Source: Dehalococcoidia bacterium | GTDB taxonomy: Bacteria > Chloroflexota > Dehalococcoidia > UBA2979 | Reading direction: 5' to 3' | DNA length: 64,000 bases | NCBI GenBank assembly: GCA_963692775.1 | Contig: OY839116.1 | Location: forward strand, 1,542,544-1,606,543 | Shown: piece after piece, positions 40,780 to 50,734 of the stretch | Layout of the letters: the number at the start of each line of letters is the position of its first letter | Position numbering within the stretch: the first letter of the stretch is position 1 | Notes under the pieces: generated by a model | Told to the model about the DNA's origin: nothing | What the model saw: the letters and a program-made list of their open reading frames with translations, nothing else | The model's database searches: none | Made by a program: the position numbers and the translations under genes

Positions 40780-41817
40780 ATGAGGCGTGAACCTGATCAA
40801 CTTGGGGAGGGCCGGGCGGTGCGGCGCGGCCGGCCGCCTCGCGCTGCCGTCTACGCCCGGCTCGATACGCAGATCAACGAACTGTGGACGCGCATGGGGG
40901 GACTCCCCAACCGCCTGGAGGCGTCCGACATCTGGCGCGGCATCTGGTTCGAGGAGGCGCACCACTCCACCGCGATCGAGGGCAATACGCTCGTCCTGAA
41001 GCAGGTCGAGGCCTTGCTCGCGGAAGGGCGCGCCGTCGGCGACAAGCAGCTTGCGGAGTACATGGAGGTCCGCGGCTACGCGAACGCCGCCGACTGGGTC
41101 TACGGCCAGGCGATCGAGCCTGGCGATTGGTCCGGGGGCGAGTGGCTATCGCTGACCGAGGTCAGGCGCATCCATGAGGTTGCGATGGAGCCGGTCTGGG
41201 ATGTCGCGCCCCATCCGGTCGCCGAGTCGGCAGAGAGTCCGGGGGCGTACCGGCGACACGACATCCAGCCGTTCCCGGAGGGCATGACGCCTCCCGCGTG
41301 GACCGATGTGTCGGCGTTGATGGCTGACTGGATCGCCGACGTGAACCGCCTCGAGCCCGACGCCGAGCAGTTTCCGGAGGCCGTCGCCGCGCTGCACTGC
41401 CGGTTCGAGCAGATTCATCCCTTCCTCGATGGCAACGGCAGGACGGGTCGCCTGGTCCTCAACCTGCTGCTCGTCCGGCTCGGCTATCCGCCGGCGATTA
41501 TCTACAAGAACCAGCGCGGCACGTATCTGGCCGCGCTGCGGAAGGCCGACCGGGGAGACATCGGTCCGCTCGGCGAACTGCTCGCGCGGGCGATTCTCGA
41601 CAACCTCTACAAGTTCGTCATCCCGGCGGTGGCGGGCCCCGGCCGGCTTGTGCCGCTCGCTGCGCTGGCAAGTGAGCGGATCTCGCACTCGGCGCTGCGG
41701 ACGGCCGCGATCCGCGGGCGACTGCAGGCGACGCGCGGCGCCGACGGGCAGTGGCGCAGCACCATCAACTGGGTCGAGGACTACCTCGCGACTCGCTATG
41801 TGCGGGGCGCGCTGTAA
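40780..41817 (+). CDS. fic: Fic family protein, class II (FICD/HYPE-like) AMP-transferase
   Basis: Fic motif HPFLDGNGRTGR and upstream inhibitory-helix motif STAIEGN ((S/T)xxxE(G/N)); alternative start GTG 40819 after a GGGGAGGG RBS. Confidence 0.85.
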   Translation: MRREPDQLGEGRAVRRGRPPRAAVYARLDTQINELWTRMGGLPNRLEASDIWRGIWFEEAHHSTAIEGNTLVLKQVEALLAEGRAVGDKQLAEYMEVRGYANAADWVYGQAIEPGDWSGGEWLSLTEVRRIHEVAMEPVWDVAPHPVAESAESPGAYRRHDIQPFPEGMTPPAWTDVSALMADWIADVNRLEPDAEQFPEAVAALHCRFEQIHPFLDGNGRTGRLVLNLLLVRLGYPPAIIYKNQRGTYLAALRKADRGDIGPLGELLARAILDNLYKFVIPAVAGPGRLVPLAALASERISHSALRTAAIRGRLQATRGADGQWRSTINWVEDYLATRYVRGAL

Positions 41818-41870
41818 TCATGGCCGCCGGGCACGCGCATGCGGCGACTCTTCGGTAGACTGAGAGGTTG

Positions 41871-42989
41871 ATGGCTGCGGAAATCGACCTCTACGCGACC
41901 CTCGGGGTCCAGCGCGACGCCTCGCAGGAGGAGATCAAGCGCGCCTTCCGCAAGGCTGCGATGGAGTCCCACCCCGATCGCAACAAGAGCGAGGGCGCCG
42001 AGGATCGCTTCAAGCAGGTCAACGCCGCCTACGAGGTGCTCTCCGATCCGGAGAAGCGGCAGACCTACGACCGCTTCGGCATGGCCGGGCTCAACGGCGG
42101 CGGGCAGCACGGCTTCGCCGGCTTCGAGGGCTTCGGCGGCTTCGGCGATATCTTCGACGCCTTCTTCCGCGGCACCGGCGCGCGCCGGCCGGGTCCGCAG
42201 CGGGGGGCCGACCGCCGCGCCTCGATCTCCGTCTCGTTCGCGGATGCGGTCTTCGGGGTGGAGCGCGAGATCCAGTTCGATCGCGTGGGACGCTGCGAGG
42301 ACTGCCGCGGCAGCGGCTCGGCCAACGGCAGCCGTCCCTCCAGCTGTCCGGAGTGCGGCGGCCAGGGCGAGATCCGCCGCGTCCAGGAGTCGCTGTTCGG
42401 GCGCTTCGTGAACTCGGCGCTGTGCAACCGCTGCGGCGGTGACGGCGAGGTGGTGACCGACCCCTGCAAGGGCTGCGGCGGGCGCGGCCTGCGCATGGAC
42501 ACCGTCACGCGCTCCGTCAACATCCCCGCCGGCGTCGACGCGGAGCACCAGATCCGCCTCAGCGGGGAGGGCGACGCCGGGGTGCGCGGCGGCCCCTCCG
42601 GCCACCTCTACCTGGACCTCGACATCGCGGGTCACGAGCGCTTCGAGCGGCGCGGCGATCACCTGGTCTACGAGCTGCCGCTGAACCCGGCGCAGGCCGC
42701 ACTCGGCGCGGAGATCGAAGCGCCGACCCTCGAGGGCGATCCGGTCACCATCGACGTGCCCGCCGGCACGCAGCCCGGGCAGATCTTCAGCGTGCGGGGG
42801 CGCGGCGTGCCGCACCTGCGGGGTAGCGGGCGCGGCGATCTGCTGGTGCGCACGCACGTGGTCACGCCCACGAAGCTCACGGCCGAGCAGCGCGAGCTCA
42901 TGGAGCAGCTCGCCGACTCGCTCGGCACGCCGGCGCTGCCCGAGGACGATCGAGGACTGTTCGGCCGCATCCGGGAGGCCTTCTCCTAG
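41871..42989 (+). CDS. dnaJ: molecular chaperone DnaJ
   Basis: J-domain HPD (ESHPDRN), G/F region, four CxxCxGxG zinc-finger repeats. Confidence 0.9.
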   Translation: MAAEIDLYATLGVQRDASQEEIKRAFRKAAMESHPDRNKSEGAEDRFKQVNAAYEVLSDPEKRQTYDRFGMAGLNGGGQHGFAGFEGFGGFGDIFDAFFRGTGARRPGPQRGADRRASISVSFADAVFGVEREIQFDRVGRCEDCRGSGSANGSRPSSCPECGGQGEIRRVQESLFGRFVNSALCNRCGGDGEVVTDPCKGCGGRGLRMDTVTRSVNIPAGVDAEHQIRLSGEGDAGVRGGPSGHLYLDLDIAGHERFERRGDHLVYELPLNPAQAALGAEIEAPTLEGDPVTIDVPAGTQPGQIFSVRGRGVPHLRGSGRGDLLVRTHVVTPTKLTAEQRELMEQLADSLGTPALPEDDRGLFGRIREAFS

Positions 42990-42993
42990 CCCC

Positions 42994-43938
42994 ATGGCGG
43001 CGGGCGCGAACGCACGCGCCGCGCCGGGCGGCCCCGGCGCCTGGGTCGAGCTGACGGTCCGGCTGGCGCTCGCGGACGCGGAGCTGGTCGCCGACGCCCT
43101 CGCGACGCTGGCCGAGGGCGCGGTCGCGCTGGAGCCGCGCATCCGGACCTCGGGCGAGGTCGATTTCGCGTACACGGTCGAGGACGGCGGCGCGACGGTG
43201 CGGGCGTTCCTGCCAGCGCCGCTGCCGCCTCGCGAGCGCCGCGCGCTGCGGCGCCGGCTGGCCGCCCTGCCGCTGCGCGGCCCGCTGCCCCGGCTGCGTT
43301 ACCGTGCGGTCGAGAACCTCGACTGGTCCGAACTCTGGCGCGAGCACTTCACGACACTGCGGATCGGGCGGCTCGTGGTTCACCCGTCATGGGAGCCCGC
43401 GGAGGAGGGCGAGGCGCTGGCGATCAGCCTCGATCCGGGGCAGGCGTTCGGGACCGGCCAGCATCCGACAACCCGGCTCTGCCTCGCGGCGATCGAGCGT
43501 GCGTGCGCGCCCGGCGATGCGGTGCTCGACCTCGGTACCGGCTCCGGCATCCTCGCGCTCGCCGCCGCGCGGCTGGGCGTCGCGCGCGTCGACGCGCTCG
43601 ACACCGACCGCGACGCCGTGGAGGCGGCTCGCGAGAACGTGCGGCGCAACGGCCTCGAAGGCGTCGTGCGGGTCAGGAGGGGCTCCCTGCATCCCGACCA
43701 TGGCGCGCTGGAGACCTACGACCTGGTGGCGGCGAACATCTCGGCGGGCGTGGTCCGTGAGCTGCTGCCGGCGATGGCGCGGGCGCTGCATCCGGGCGGC
43801 CGGGTCGTCGTCAGCGGCTTCATGGAGGATCGCGCGCGGGAGGTGGTCGCGGCCGCGCGCGCGGCCGGTCTGATCGACGGCGTCGTCGAGCGGGACGAGG
43901 AGTGGTGCGCGGTCGTCGCGAGGAAGCCGCGTCCGTGA
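42994..43938 (+). CDS. prmA: ribosomal protein L11 methyltransferase
   Basis: FGTGQHPTTRLCL and SAM motif VLDLGTGSGILALAA. Confidence 0.85.
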   Translation: MAAGANARAAPGGPGAWVELTVRLALADAELVADALATLAEGAVALEPRIRTSGEVDFAYTVEDGGATVRAFLPAPLPPRERRALRRRLAALPLRGPLPRLRYRAVENLDWSELWREHFTTLRIGRLVVHPSWEPAEEGEALAISLDPGQAFGTGQHPTTRLCLAAIERACAPGDAVLDLGTGSGILALAAARLGVARVDALDTDRDAVEAARENVRRNGLEGVVRVRRGSLHPDHGALETYDLVAANISAGVVRELLPAMARALHPGGRVVVSGFMEDRAREVVAAARAAGLIDGVVERDEEWCAVVARKPRP

Positions 43939-44660
43939 GGCGCCTCTACGCGCCGGACGCGGGACTCGGACCCGGCGCCGGGTTGCGACTCGACGCGGCG
44001 CGGTCGCACCGGCTGCGCAACGTGCTGCGGCTGCGTCCGGGCGACGGCCTCGCCGTCTTCGACGGCGGCGGCGGCGAGTGGGCCGCGACCGTCGCCGAGG
44101 TCGCGGCCGAGGGCGTCGTGCTGCGAGTCGGCGAGCCGCTCGAGGCGCTTCCGGAGCCGCCGGTCGCGGTGACGTTGGTCTGCGCCTTCCCGCGCGGGCA
44201 GCGCGGCGACTGGATCGTGGAGAAGGCGACGGAGCTGGGCGTGGCAGCGATCACGCCGCTGGCGAGCGATCGCGCGGTGCTGCAGCCCGGCGAGGGTCGC
44301 ATCGAGCGCTGGCGGCGCATCGCGATCGAGGCGGCCGAGCAGTGCGGACGCGCCTCGCTGCCGGCGTTCGGCGAGGAGCCGCCGGACGGCGCGCTGCGGC
44401 TGCTTGCCGATCCGGGTGCGCCGCGGACGGTGGCCGAGGCGCTCGCGGACGCCTCGCCCGCGCCCGCCGCGGTCGCGATCTACGTCGGGCCGGAGGGCGG
44501 CTGGACGCCCGGGGAGCGCGAGCGGCTGATTGGCGAGGGCGCGCGGCCGGTGAGCCTTGGACCTCGCAGGCTGCGCGTGGAGACGGCGGCGCTCGTCACT
44601 CTTGCGCAGACTCTGTCGGCGCTGGAGGCCCGAAGCTCCCGCTCGTCAGAAACGATTTGA
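43935..44660 (+). CDS. rsmE: 16S rRNA (uracil1498-N3)-methyltransferase
   Basis: RsmE/SPOUT family pattern ([36 protein letters not shown]); GTG start overlaps the prmA stop (GTGA). Confidence 0.8.
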   Translation: MRRLYAPDAGLGPGAGLRLDAARSHRLRNVLRLRPGDGLAVFDGGGGEWAATVAEVAAEGVVLRVGEPLEALPEPPVAVTLVCAFPRGQRGDWIVEKATELGVAAITPLASDRAVLQPGEGRIERWRRIAIEAAEQCGRASLPAFGEEPPDGALRLLADPGAPRTVAEALADASPAPAAVAIYVGPEGGWTPGERERLIGEGARPVSLGPRRLRVETAALVTLAQTLSALEARSSRSSETI

Positions 44661-45906
44661 AAGTCCAGTCGAGCGGTTCGACGTTCACGCCGTGAATGCT
44701 GATCTCCCAGTGCAGGTGCGGGCCGGTGGAGACGCCGGTCGAGCCGAGCGTTCCGATCTGGTCGCCCGCCGCGACGACGTCCTCGTCGGCGACAGCGATG
44801 CCTGAGAGGTGGTGGTAGCCGCTCATGACGCCGGCGCCGTGGTCGATGATCACGGAGTTGCCGCGGAGCGGCATCTCGCCCGTCCAGCTCACGCGGCCGG
44901 GGGCGGCGGCCAGCACCGGGTCGCCCTCGTTCCCTCCGTAGTCCACGCCGCTGTGGAAGCTCTCGACCGTACCGCCGTCATAGGAACGCCGAACGCCGAA
45001 CTGCGACGTGACCGTTGAGCCGGGCGGGCGGAAAGGCCCGGACCAGGCCGGGGCGGGATCCGATTGCGCGAACTGCTCGGCGCGCCGTTCGGCCTCGCGC
45101 AGCTTCGACTCCTCGGTTCGCAGCGCGGCCGTCTCCGGCGTCAGGATGATGTGCTCGATGTCGCGCTCGATCTCAAAGATCTCACACGCGCCGGTGGCGT
45201 CGCCGATCTCCGCGCCGTCGGCATCGTGGAAGGTGACGCGCAGCGGCTCCTCGCCCGGCTCGGCGTCCAGGGGGATGCCGAGCACGCCCCAGAACGAGTC
45301 CCCCCGCGCCACGAGGGGATAGGCGCCCCCCCGGAACTCGATCCGCGCAGAGACGGCTCCAGCGGCGGAGGCCGTGACGACGAACGTCTGCCCGGAGCCG
45401 ATCCGTTCCGGGTCTACCGCGAGTTCGCCCGCGACGGGCGTGGGTTCGGGCGTCGGGGTAGGTGTCGGCGTGGGCGTGGGGGTTGGCGAGGGTGATGGTG
45501 TCGCGGTCGCGGTCGGAGTCGGGGTTGCCGTCGGTGTGGGCGTAGCCGTTGGGGTGGGTGACGGGGTGACGGTCGGCGTCGCGGTCGGCGTCGGCGAAGG
45601 TGTTGCGGTCGGCGTTGGTGTCGGTGACGGCGTGGCTGTCGAGGTGGGCGTGGGCGCCGGACGAGGAGTCGGAGTTGGTGGGGGCGTCGGGGTTGGAGTC
45701 GGCGTCGGCGTTGGGGCCGGGGTGGCGGTGCGCGTGATCGGGACGGCCCACACGGGCGGCGGCTGCGCGGGCGTGTCGCCGGCGCCTCGGAGCAGCGCCG
45801 CGGCGGCGGCGACGACCAGCAGCAGCACGACGATGGCCGCCAGCACGGCGGCGCTGCCGGGGCGCCGCGAGGAGCGCGGCGGCGGCGGGGTCTGATCTGC
45901 GGCCAC
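44596..45906 (-). CDS. membrane-anchored M23 family peptidase with Pro/Thr-rich linker
   Basis: N-terminal TM, about 110 aa (PT)n linker, M23 core (HSGVDYGG...GYHHLSGI...GPHLHWEI); 3-prime end overlaps rsmE convergently by 65 bp. Confidence 0.75.
   Translation of the reverse strand: MAADQTPPPPRSSRRPGSAAVLAAIVVLLLVVAAAAALLRGAGDTPAQPPPVWAVPITRTATPAPTPTPTPTPTPPPTPTPRPAPTPTSTATPSPTPTPTATPSPTPTATPTVTPSPTPTATPTPTATPTPTATATPSPSPTPTPTPTPTPTPEPTPVAGELAVDPERIGSGQTFVVTASAAGAVSARIEFRGGAYPLVARGDSFWGVLGIPLDAEPGEEPLRVTFHDADGAEIGDATGACEIFEIERDIEHIILTPETAALRTEESKLREAERRAEQFAQSDPAPAWSGPFRPPGSTVTSQFGVRRSYDGGTVESFHSGVDYGGNEGDPVLAAAPGRVSWTGEMPLRGNSVIIDHGAGVMSGYHHLSGIAVADEDVVAAGDQIGTLGSTGVSTGPHLHWEISIHGVNVEPLDWTFKSFLTSGSFGPPAPTESAQE
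45420..45720 (-). repeat. coding (PT)n / ACCCC-GGCGT tandem low-complexity repeat
   Basis: Reiterated ggtgtcggcgtggg-like units seen directly; encodes the PT linker of the M23 peptidase. Confidence 0.7.
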
Positions 45907-46093
45907 GGGCCTCCTCGCCGGAAGTCCCTACATCCTATCCGCAGGATCGGGTAGAAGGCTGCCGGCGCGCGCCGGGCGGGCGGCAAGCGTGTTCGAGGTC
46001 GCTGCTATACTGGCGCGCGCCGCGCCTGGGAGCCCGCCTCCGCAGATCCGGCGAGGAATACGAGACGGGACTGCGAACGGTTGGGAGGGCGAC

Positions 46094-47050
<957 letters not shown>

Positions 47051-47053
47051 GCC

Positions 47054-48310
47054 ATGAGCGCGCTGTGGCGGGCGGCAAGCCTCGCCGCGCGCCGGCCCAA
47101 CGTGGCGGCGGCGATCGCCGTCGCGCTCTTCACCCTCGCCGTCGCCAGCGCGACCGGGTTCTGGCTGCTGTTCCGCTTCGCCTACCTGATCGCGATCGCG
47201 ATCCCGCTGCTCTACTTCTGGAACCGTTCGATGATCCGCGGCATCGAGGTGGAGGTGCGGCGCCGCGACCAGCGCGTCTCGCGCGGGCGGGCGCTGCACG
47301 GTCGCGTGATCGTGCGCTCGCGCTCCTGGCTGCCCAAGGTCTGGCTCGAGGTCCACGACCACTCGACGCTGCCGGGCCATGTGACGAACCGCGTGCTCAC
47401 GCTCGGCCGCCGCGGGATCGACGTCTGGCGCTACGAGACGCCGGCGCTGCGGCGCGGGCTCTACGAGCTGGGCCCGGTCACGGTGACGGCGACGGACCCG
47501 TTCGGCTTCTTCCGCATGTCGCGCACCTTCGGCGTGAGCTCGGAGGTGCTCGTCTACCCGAGCGCGCCCGAGCTTCCGAGGCTGCACGTGCCGCCGGCGA
47601 ACCTGCCGGGCGACGGGCGCTTCCGCAGGCGCACGCACAACGTCACGCCCAACGTCGCCGGTCTGCGCGCCTACGAGGCGGGCGATTCGCTCAGCCGCGT
47701 GCACTGGCCGGCCACGGCCCGCACCGGCAACCTGATGGTGAAGCTCTTCGAGCTCGACCCCGCCTCCGACATCTGGGTGCTGCTCGATCTCGAGGAGGGG
47801 GTCCACGTCGGGGAGGGCGACGACGGCACCGAGGAGGCGGCCGTGATGGTCGCCGCCTCGATCGCGCGCTACTTCATCACCCAGAACCGCTCCGTCGGCA
47901 TGATCGCCTACGACGACGACCTGCGCGTCAACGAGCCGAGCCGCGGCGGCAACCACTACACGCGCCTGCTCGAGCTGCTGGCGCTGGCCCGCGCCGTCGG
48001 CGAGGTGTCGCTGGCGCAGCTGCTGCTCGAGGAGTCGCGCAAGTTCGGGCGGCATACCACCGTGGTCGCCGTGACGCCCTCGCCGCGCGACGACTGGGCG
48101 CTGGCGCTGATGTCGCTCTCCGCGCGCGGGGTGAAGGTGGCGGCGGTGCTGCTGGAGGGTGAGACCTTCGGCGCGACGACCAGCTCGCTCGACGTCTACG
48201 GCACGCTCGCCTCGGGCGGCGTCTACACCTACACCGTGAAGCGCCAGGACGACCTCGTGCAGGTGCTGTCGTCCGTGGGCGTGGGCGATCGAGGGAGCGT
48301 GTACGCATGA
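47054..48310 (+). CDS. DUF58 domain protein (MoxR-associated, vWA-like)
   Basis: AGLRAYEAGDSLSRVHWPATARTGNLMVKLFELD DUF58 core; 3 bp after the moxR stop. Confidence 0.75.
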   Translation: MSALWRAASLAARRPNVAAAIAVALFTLAVASATGFWLLFRFAYLIAIAIPLLYFWNRSMIRGIEVEVRRRDQRVSRGRALHGRVIVRSRSWLPKVWLEVHDHSTLPGHVTNRVLTLGRRGIDVWRYETPALRRGLYELGPVTVTATDPFGFFRMSRTFGVSSEVLVYPSAPELPRLHVPPANLPGDGRFRRRTHNVTPNVAGLRAYEAGDSLSRVHWPATARTGNLMVKLFELDPASDIWVLLDLEEGVHVGEGDDGTEEAAVMVAASIARYFITQNRSVGMIAYDDDLRVNEPSRGGNHYTRLLELLALARAVGEVSLAQLLLEESRKFGRHTTVVAVTPSPRDDWALALMSLSARGVKVAAVLLEGETFGATTSSLDVYGTLASGGVYTYTVKRQDDLVQVLSSVGVGDRGSVYA

Positions 48311-50721
48311 CCGCGCTCTCCGACAGCACGGAGAGCCAGGCGGGCTTCGGTTCTCGCAGCGTGCGGGAACTGGTGGCTGCGGCCGATCCGAGGGGCGTGA
48401 GCGCCTGGCGCTTCTGGGAAGACTGGATCAGCTTCACGCTGCTCGCCATCGCCCAGTTCTCCGTGGTCTTCTCGATCGCTCGCGCGAACTGGGTCGACGA
48501 GATGCCGGCCCTCCCGGTGGCGGCCGGGATCGGGCTGGCGATCGGGTCGCTGCTCGCCCGCTTCGGCACGCGCCCGTGGTCGCTGTTCCTCGGAGGCCTC
48601 GCGCTCGGCGTCGCGACCGCCACGGCGATGGTGATGCACACGATGGAGCTGTCCGACCCCTTCGCCACGGGGTTGGGGGTCGCGACGCGCTGGGGCGATC
48701 TGTGGGGCCGGATGGTCGACTGGCTGGCGGCGCTCGTCACCGGCGGCGTCTCGACGGACCCGCTGCCGTTCGTGCTGCTGCTGGTGTGGGCGGTCTGGCT
48801 CGTCCCCTACCTCGCGGCCTGGGCGGTCTTCCGCTGGCGCAACGCCTGGCTGGCGCTGCTGCCGGGCGGGTTCGCGCTGCTGACCAACATCTCCTACCTG
48901 CCGGGGAAGCCGGCGCTGGAGTTCGTGATCTTCCTTTTCGCCGCCATCCTGCTGTTCACGCGCATCCACCTGTTGCGCACGATCCGGGGCTGGCGAGGCC
49001 AGGCGATCGCGATGCCTCGCTGGCTCTCGGTGCAGGTGCTCCACGCCGGCGGGTGGGTGGCGGCGGGGCTGATCCTCTTCGCCTGGATCGTGCCGGTCGG
49101 TGATGGCTGGGAACCCGCCGCCGGGGCGTGGGGCAATGCGATCCGCCCGATCACCGATCGCATCCAGCCGCTCGGCCAGGTCTTCATCGGCATCGACGGC
49201 AAGCACGGGCAGCTGATCCACCAGTTCGAGGGCGCCCTGCCGCTGCAGGGCCGCGTCAGGCTCGACGACGAGACGATGTACGTCGTCTCCGCGGAGACCG
49301 GCGGCCTCGCCTACCTGCGCGCCTACGTGTTCGATCGCTACGAGCGAGGGGGCTGGCGGCTCTCCGAGACCGAGCTGATCGATCCGCCGGCGATCACCGT
49401 CGAGGCGGCGCGCTTCGGGACGCCCGCGACGCGCGCCCAGCAGCGGCGCCTCGTCGCCGTCGAGGTCCACGTCGAGTCGCCGCTGAGTGATCGCCGCCTG
49501 GTGACGGTCGGCGAGCCGCTCGCGACCGACATCGGGGCGAAGTTCCTGACGGGCGCCTCGGCCGACGACGTGATCGGGCTGCGCCCGAGCGGCCGCGTCG
49601 GCAGTGGCGCGAGCTACACGGCGGTGGGCTCCGTCTCCGTCGCCAACGTCGAAGAGTTGCTGGCGGCGGGGACCGGGTATCCCGAGTGGCTCCCCGAGCG
49701 CTATCTGCAGTTGCCGGGAGACCTCCCGCCGCGGGTGGGCGAGCTGGCGGCGCAGATCGTCCGGCAGGATGACGAACCGTACCTCGCGGCCTATCGCGTC
49801 GAGCGCTACCTGCGCGAGAACTACCCGTTCAGCCTGAAGGTTGCGGACCCGCCGCCGCGCCGCGATCCGATCGACTGGTTCCTGTTCGAGAGCCGCGAGG
49901 GCTACTTCGACCACCACGCCTCGGCGATGGTGGTGCTGCTGCGCACGCTCGGCATTCCCGCGCGCATCGCCGTGGGCTTCGCGCTGGACGAGACCTCGTT
50001 CAGTGAGTCCTCGGAGGCGTTCGTGCTGAGCGAGAAGGACTCGTGGGCCTGGCCGGAGGTCTTTTTCCCCGGCTACGGCTGGGTGGAGTTCAACCCGGCG
50101 CCGGTGCGCGAGCTGGTCAGCCGCAGCGGCGCGGGGAACCCGTTCTCCGTCCTCCCCGGGGCCGCCACGGATGACGCGATCGCCGCCCTCGAGCTGGCGG
50201 AGTTGCTGGAGGAGAGCCTGGAGCCGACCGGCGGCGGCGGACCGCGAGAAGACCTCCTCGACGGTGGCGACGGATCGCTCTGGGCGCCGCTTGGACTGAT
50301 CGCCGGCTGGACGATCGCGGCGCTCGCGGCCGTCGCGGCGCTCGTCCTGATCGTGCGGGGAGCCTGGGCCTTCCCCGATCGAGGGTTGAGCCCGGCCACG
50401 GCGCGCTGGGCGAGGGTGCAGCGGATCGCGGGCTGGGCCGGCATCCCGGCCCCCGCCAACCGCACGCCGCTCGAGGCGGCCGCCGGGCTCAGGCGCGACC
50501 TCGAGAGCGAGGAGCCCGTCGAGATCCTCGCCGCCGCCTTCACGCGCGAGCGCTACGGCGCGCCCTCCGTGGGCGCGGCCGAGGCGCAGGCGGCGACCGA
50601 GGAGCCCGACGAGGACGATCCGGCCGTGCGCCGCGCCGACGTCCTTTACCGCCGCCTGCGCAACCGGCTCTTCCGCGAGACGCTGCTGCGCCGCCTCGGT
50701 CTGCGCCGCTTCGCCCGCTGA
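48307..50721 (+). CDS. transglutaminase-like membrane protein (TgpA-like)
   Basis: Multi-TM N-terminus, transglutaminase core (region ...EKDSWAWPEVFFPGYGWVEFNPAP), C-terminal TM; ATGA overlap with DUF58. Confidence 0.75.
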   Translation: MTALSDSTESQAGFGSRSVRELVAAADPRGVSAWRFWEDWISFTLLAIAQFSVVFSIARANWVDEMPALPVAAGIGLAIGSLLARFGTRPWSLFLGGLALGVATATAMVMHTMELSDPFATGLGVATRWGDLWGRMVDWLAALVTGGVSTDPLPFVLLLVWAVWLVPYLAAWAVFRWRNAWLALLPGGFALLTNISYLPGKPALEFVIFLFAAILLFTRIHLLRTIRGWRGQAIAMPRWLSVQVLHAGGWVAAGLILFAWIVPVGDGWEPAAGAWGNAIRPITDRIQPLGQVFIGIDGKHGQLIHQFEGALPLQGRVRLDDETMYVVSAETGGLAYLRAYVFDRYERGGWRLSETELIDPPAITVEAARFGTPATRAQQRRLVAVEVHVESPLSDRRLVTVGEPLATDIGAKFLTGASADDVIGLRPSGRVGSGASYTAVGSVSVANVEELLAAGTGYPEWLPERYLQLPGDLPPRVGELAAQIVRQDDEPYLAAYRVERYLRENYPFSLKVADPPPRRDPIDWFLFESREGYFDHHASAMVVLLRTLGIPARIAVGFALDETSFSESSEAFVLSEKDSWAWPEVFFPGYGWVEFNPAPVRELVSRSGAGNPFSVLPGAATDDAIAALELAELLEESLEPTGGGGPREDLLDGGDGSLWAPLGLIAGWTIAALAAVAALVLIVRGAWAFPDRGLSPATARWARVQRIAGWAGIPAPANRTPLEAAAGLRRDLESEEPVEILAAAFTRERYGAPSVGAAEAQAATEEPDEDDPAVRRADVLYRRLRNRLFRETLLRRLGLRRFAR

Positions 50722-50734
50722 GCAGGCGCGATCG

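Noticed and set aside
45400-45720. Highly repetitive DNA (also 23270..23400 and 14815..15125) that could be mistaken for a CRISPR array or VNTR
   Set aside because: The repeats are in-frame inside real genes and encode PT-rich or RGG-rich linkers. There are no regular repeat-spacer units and no cas genes nearby.
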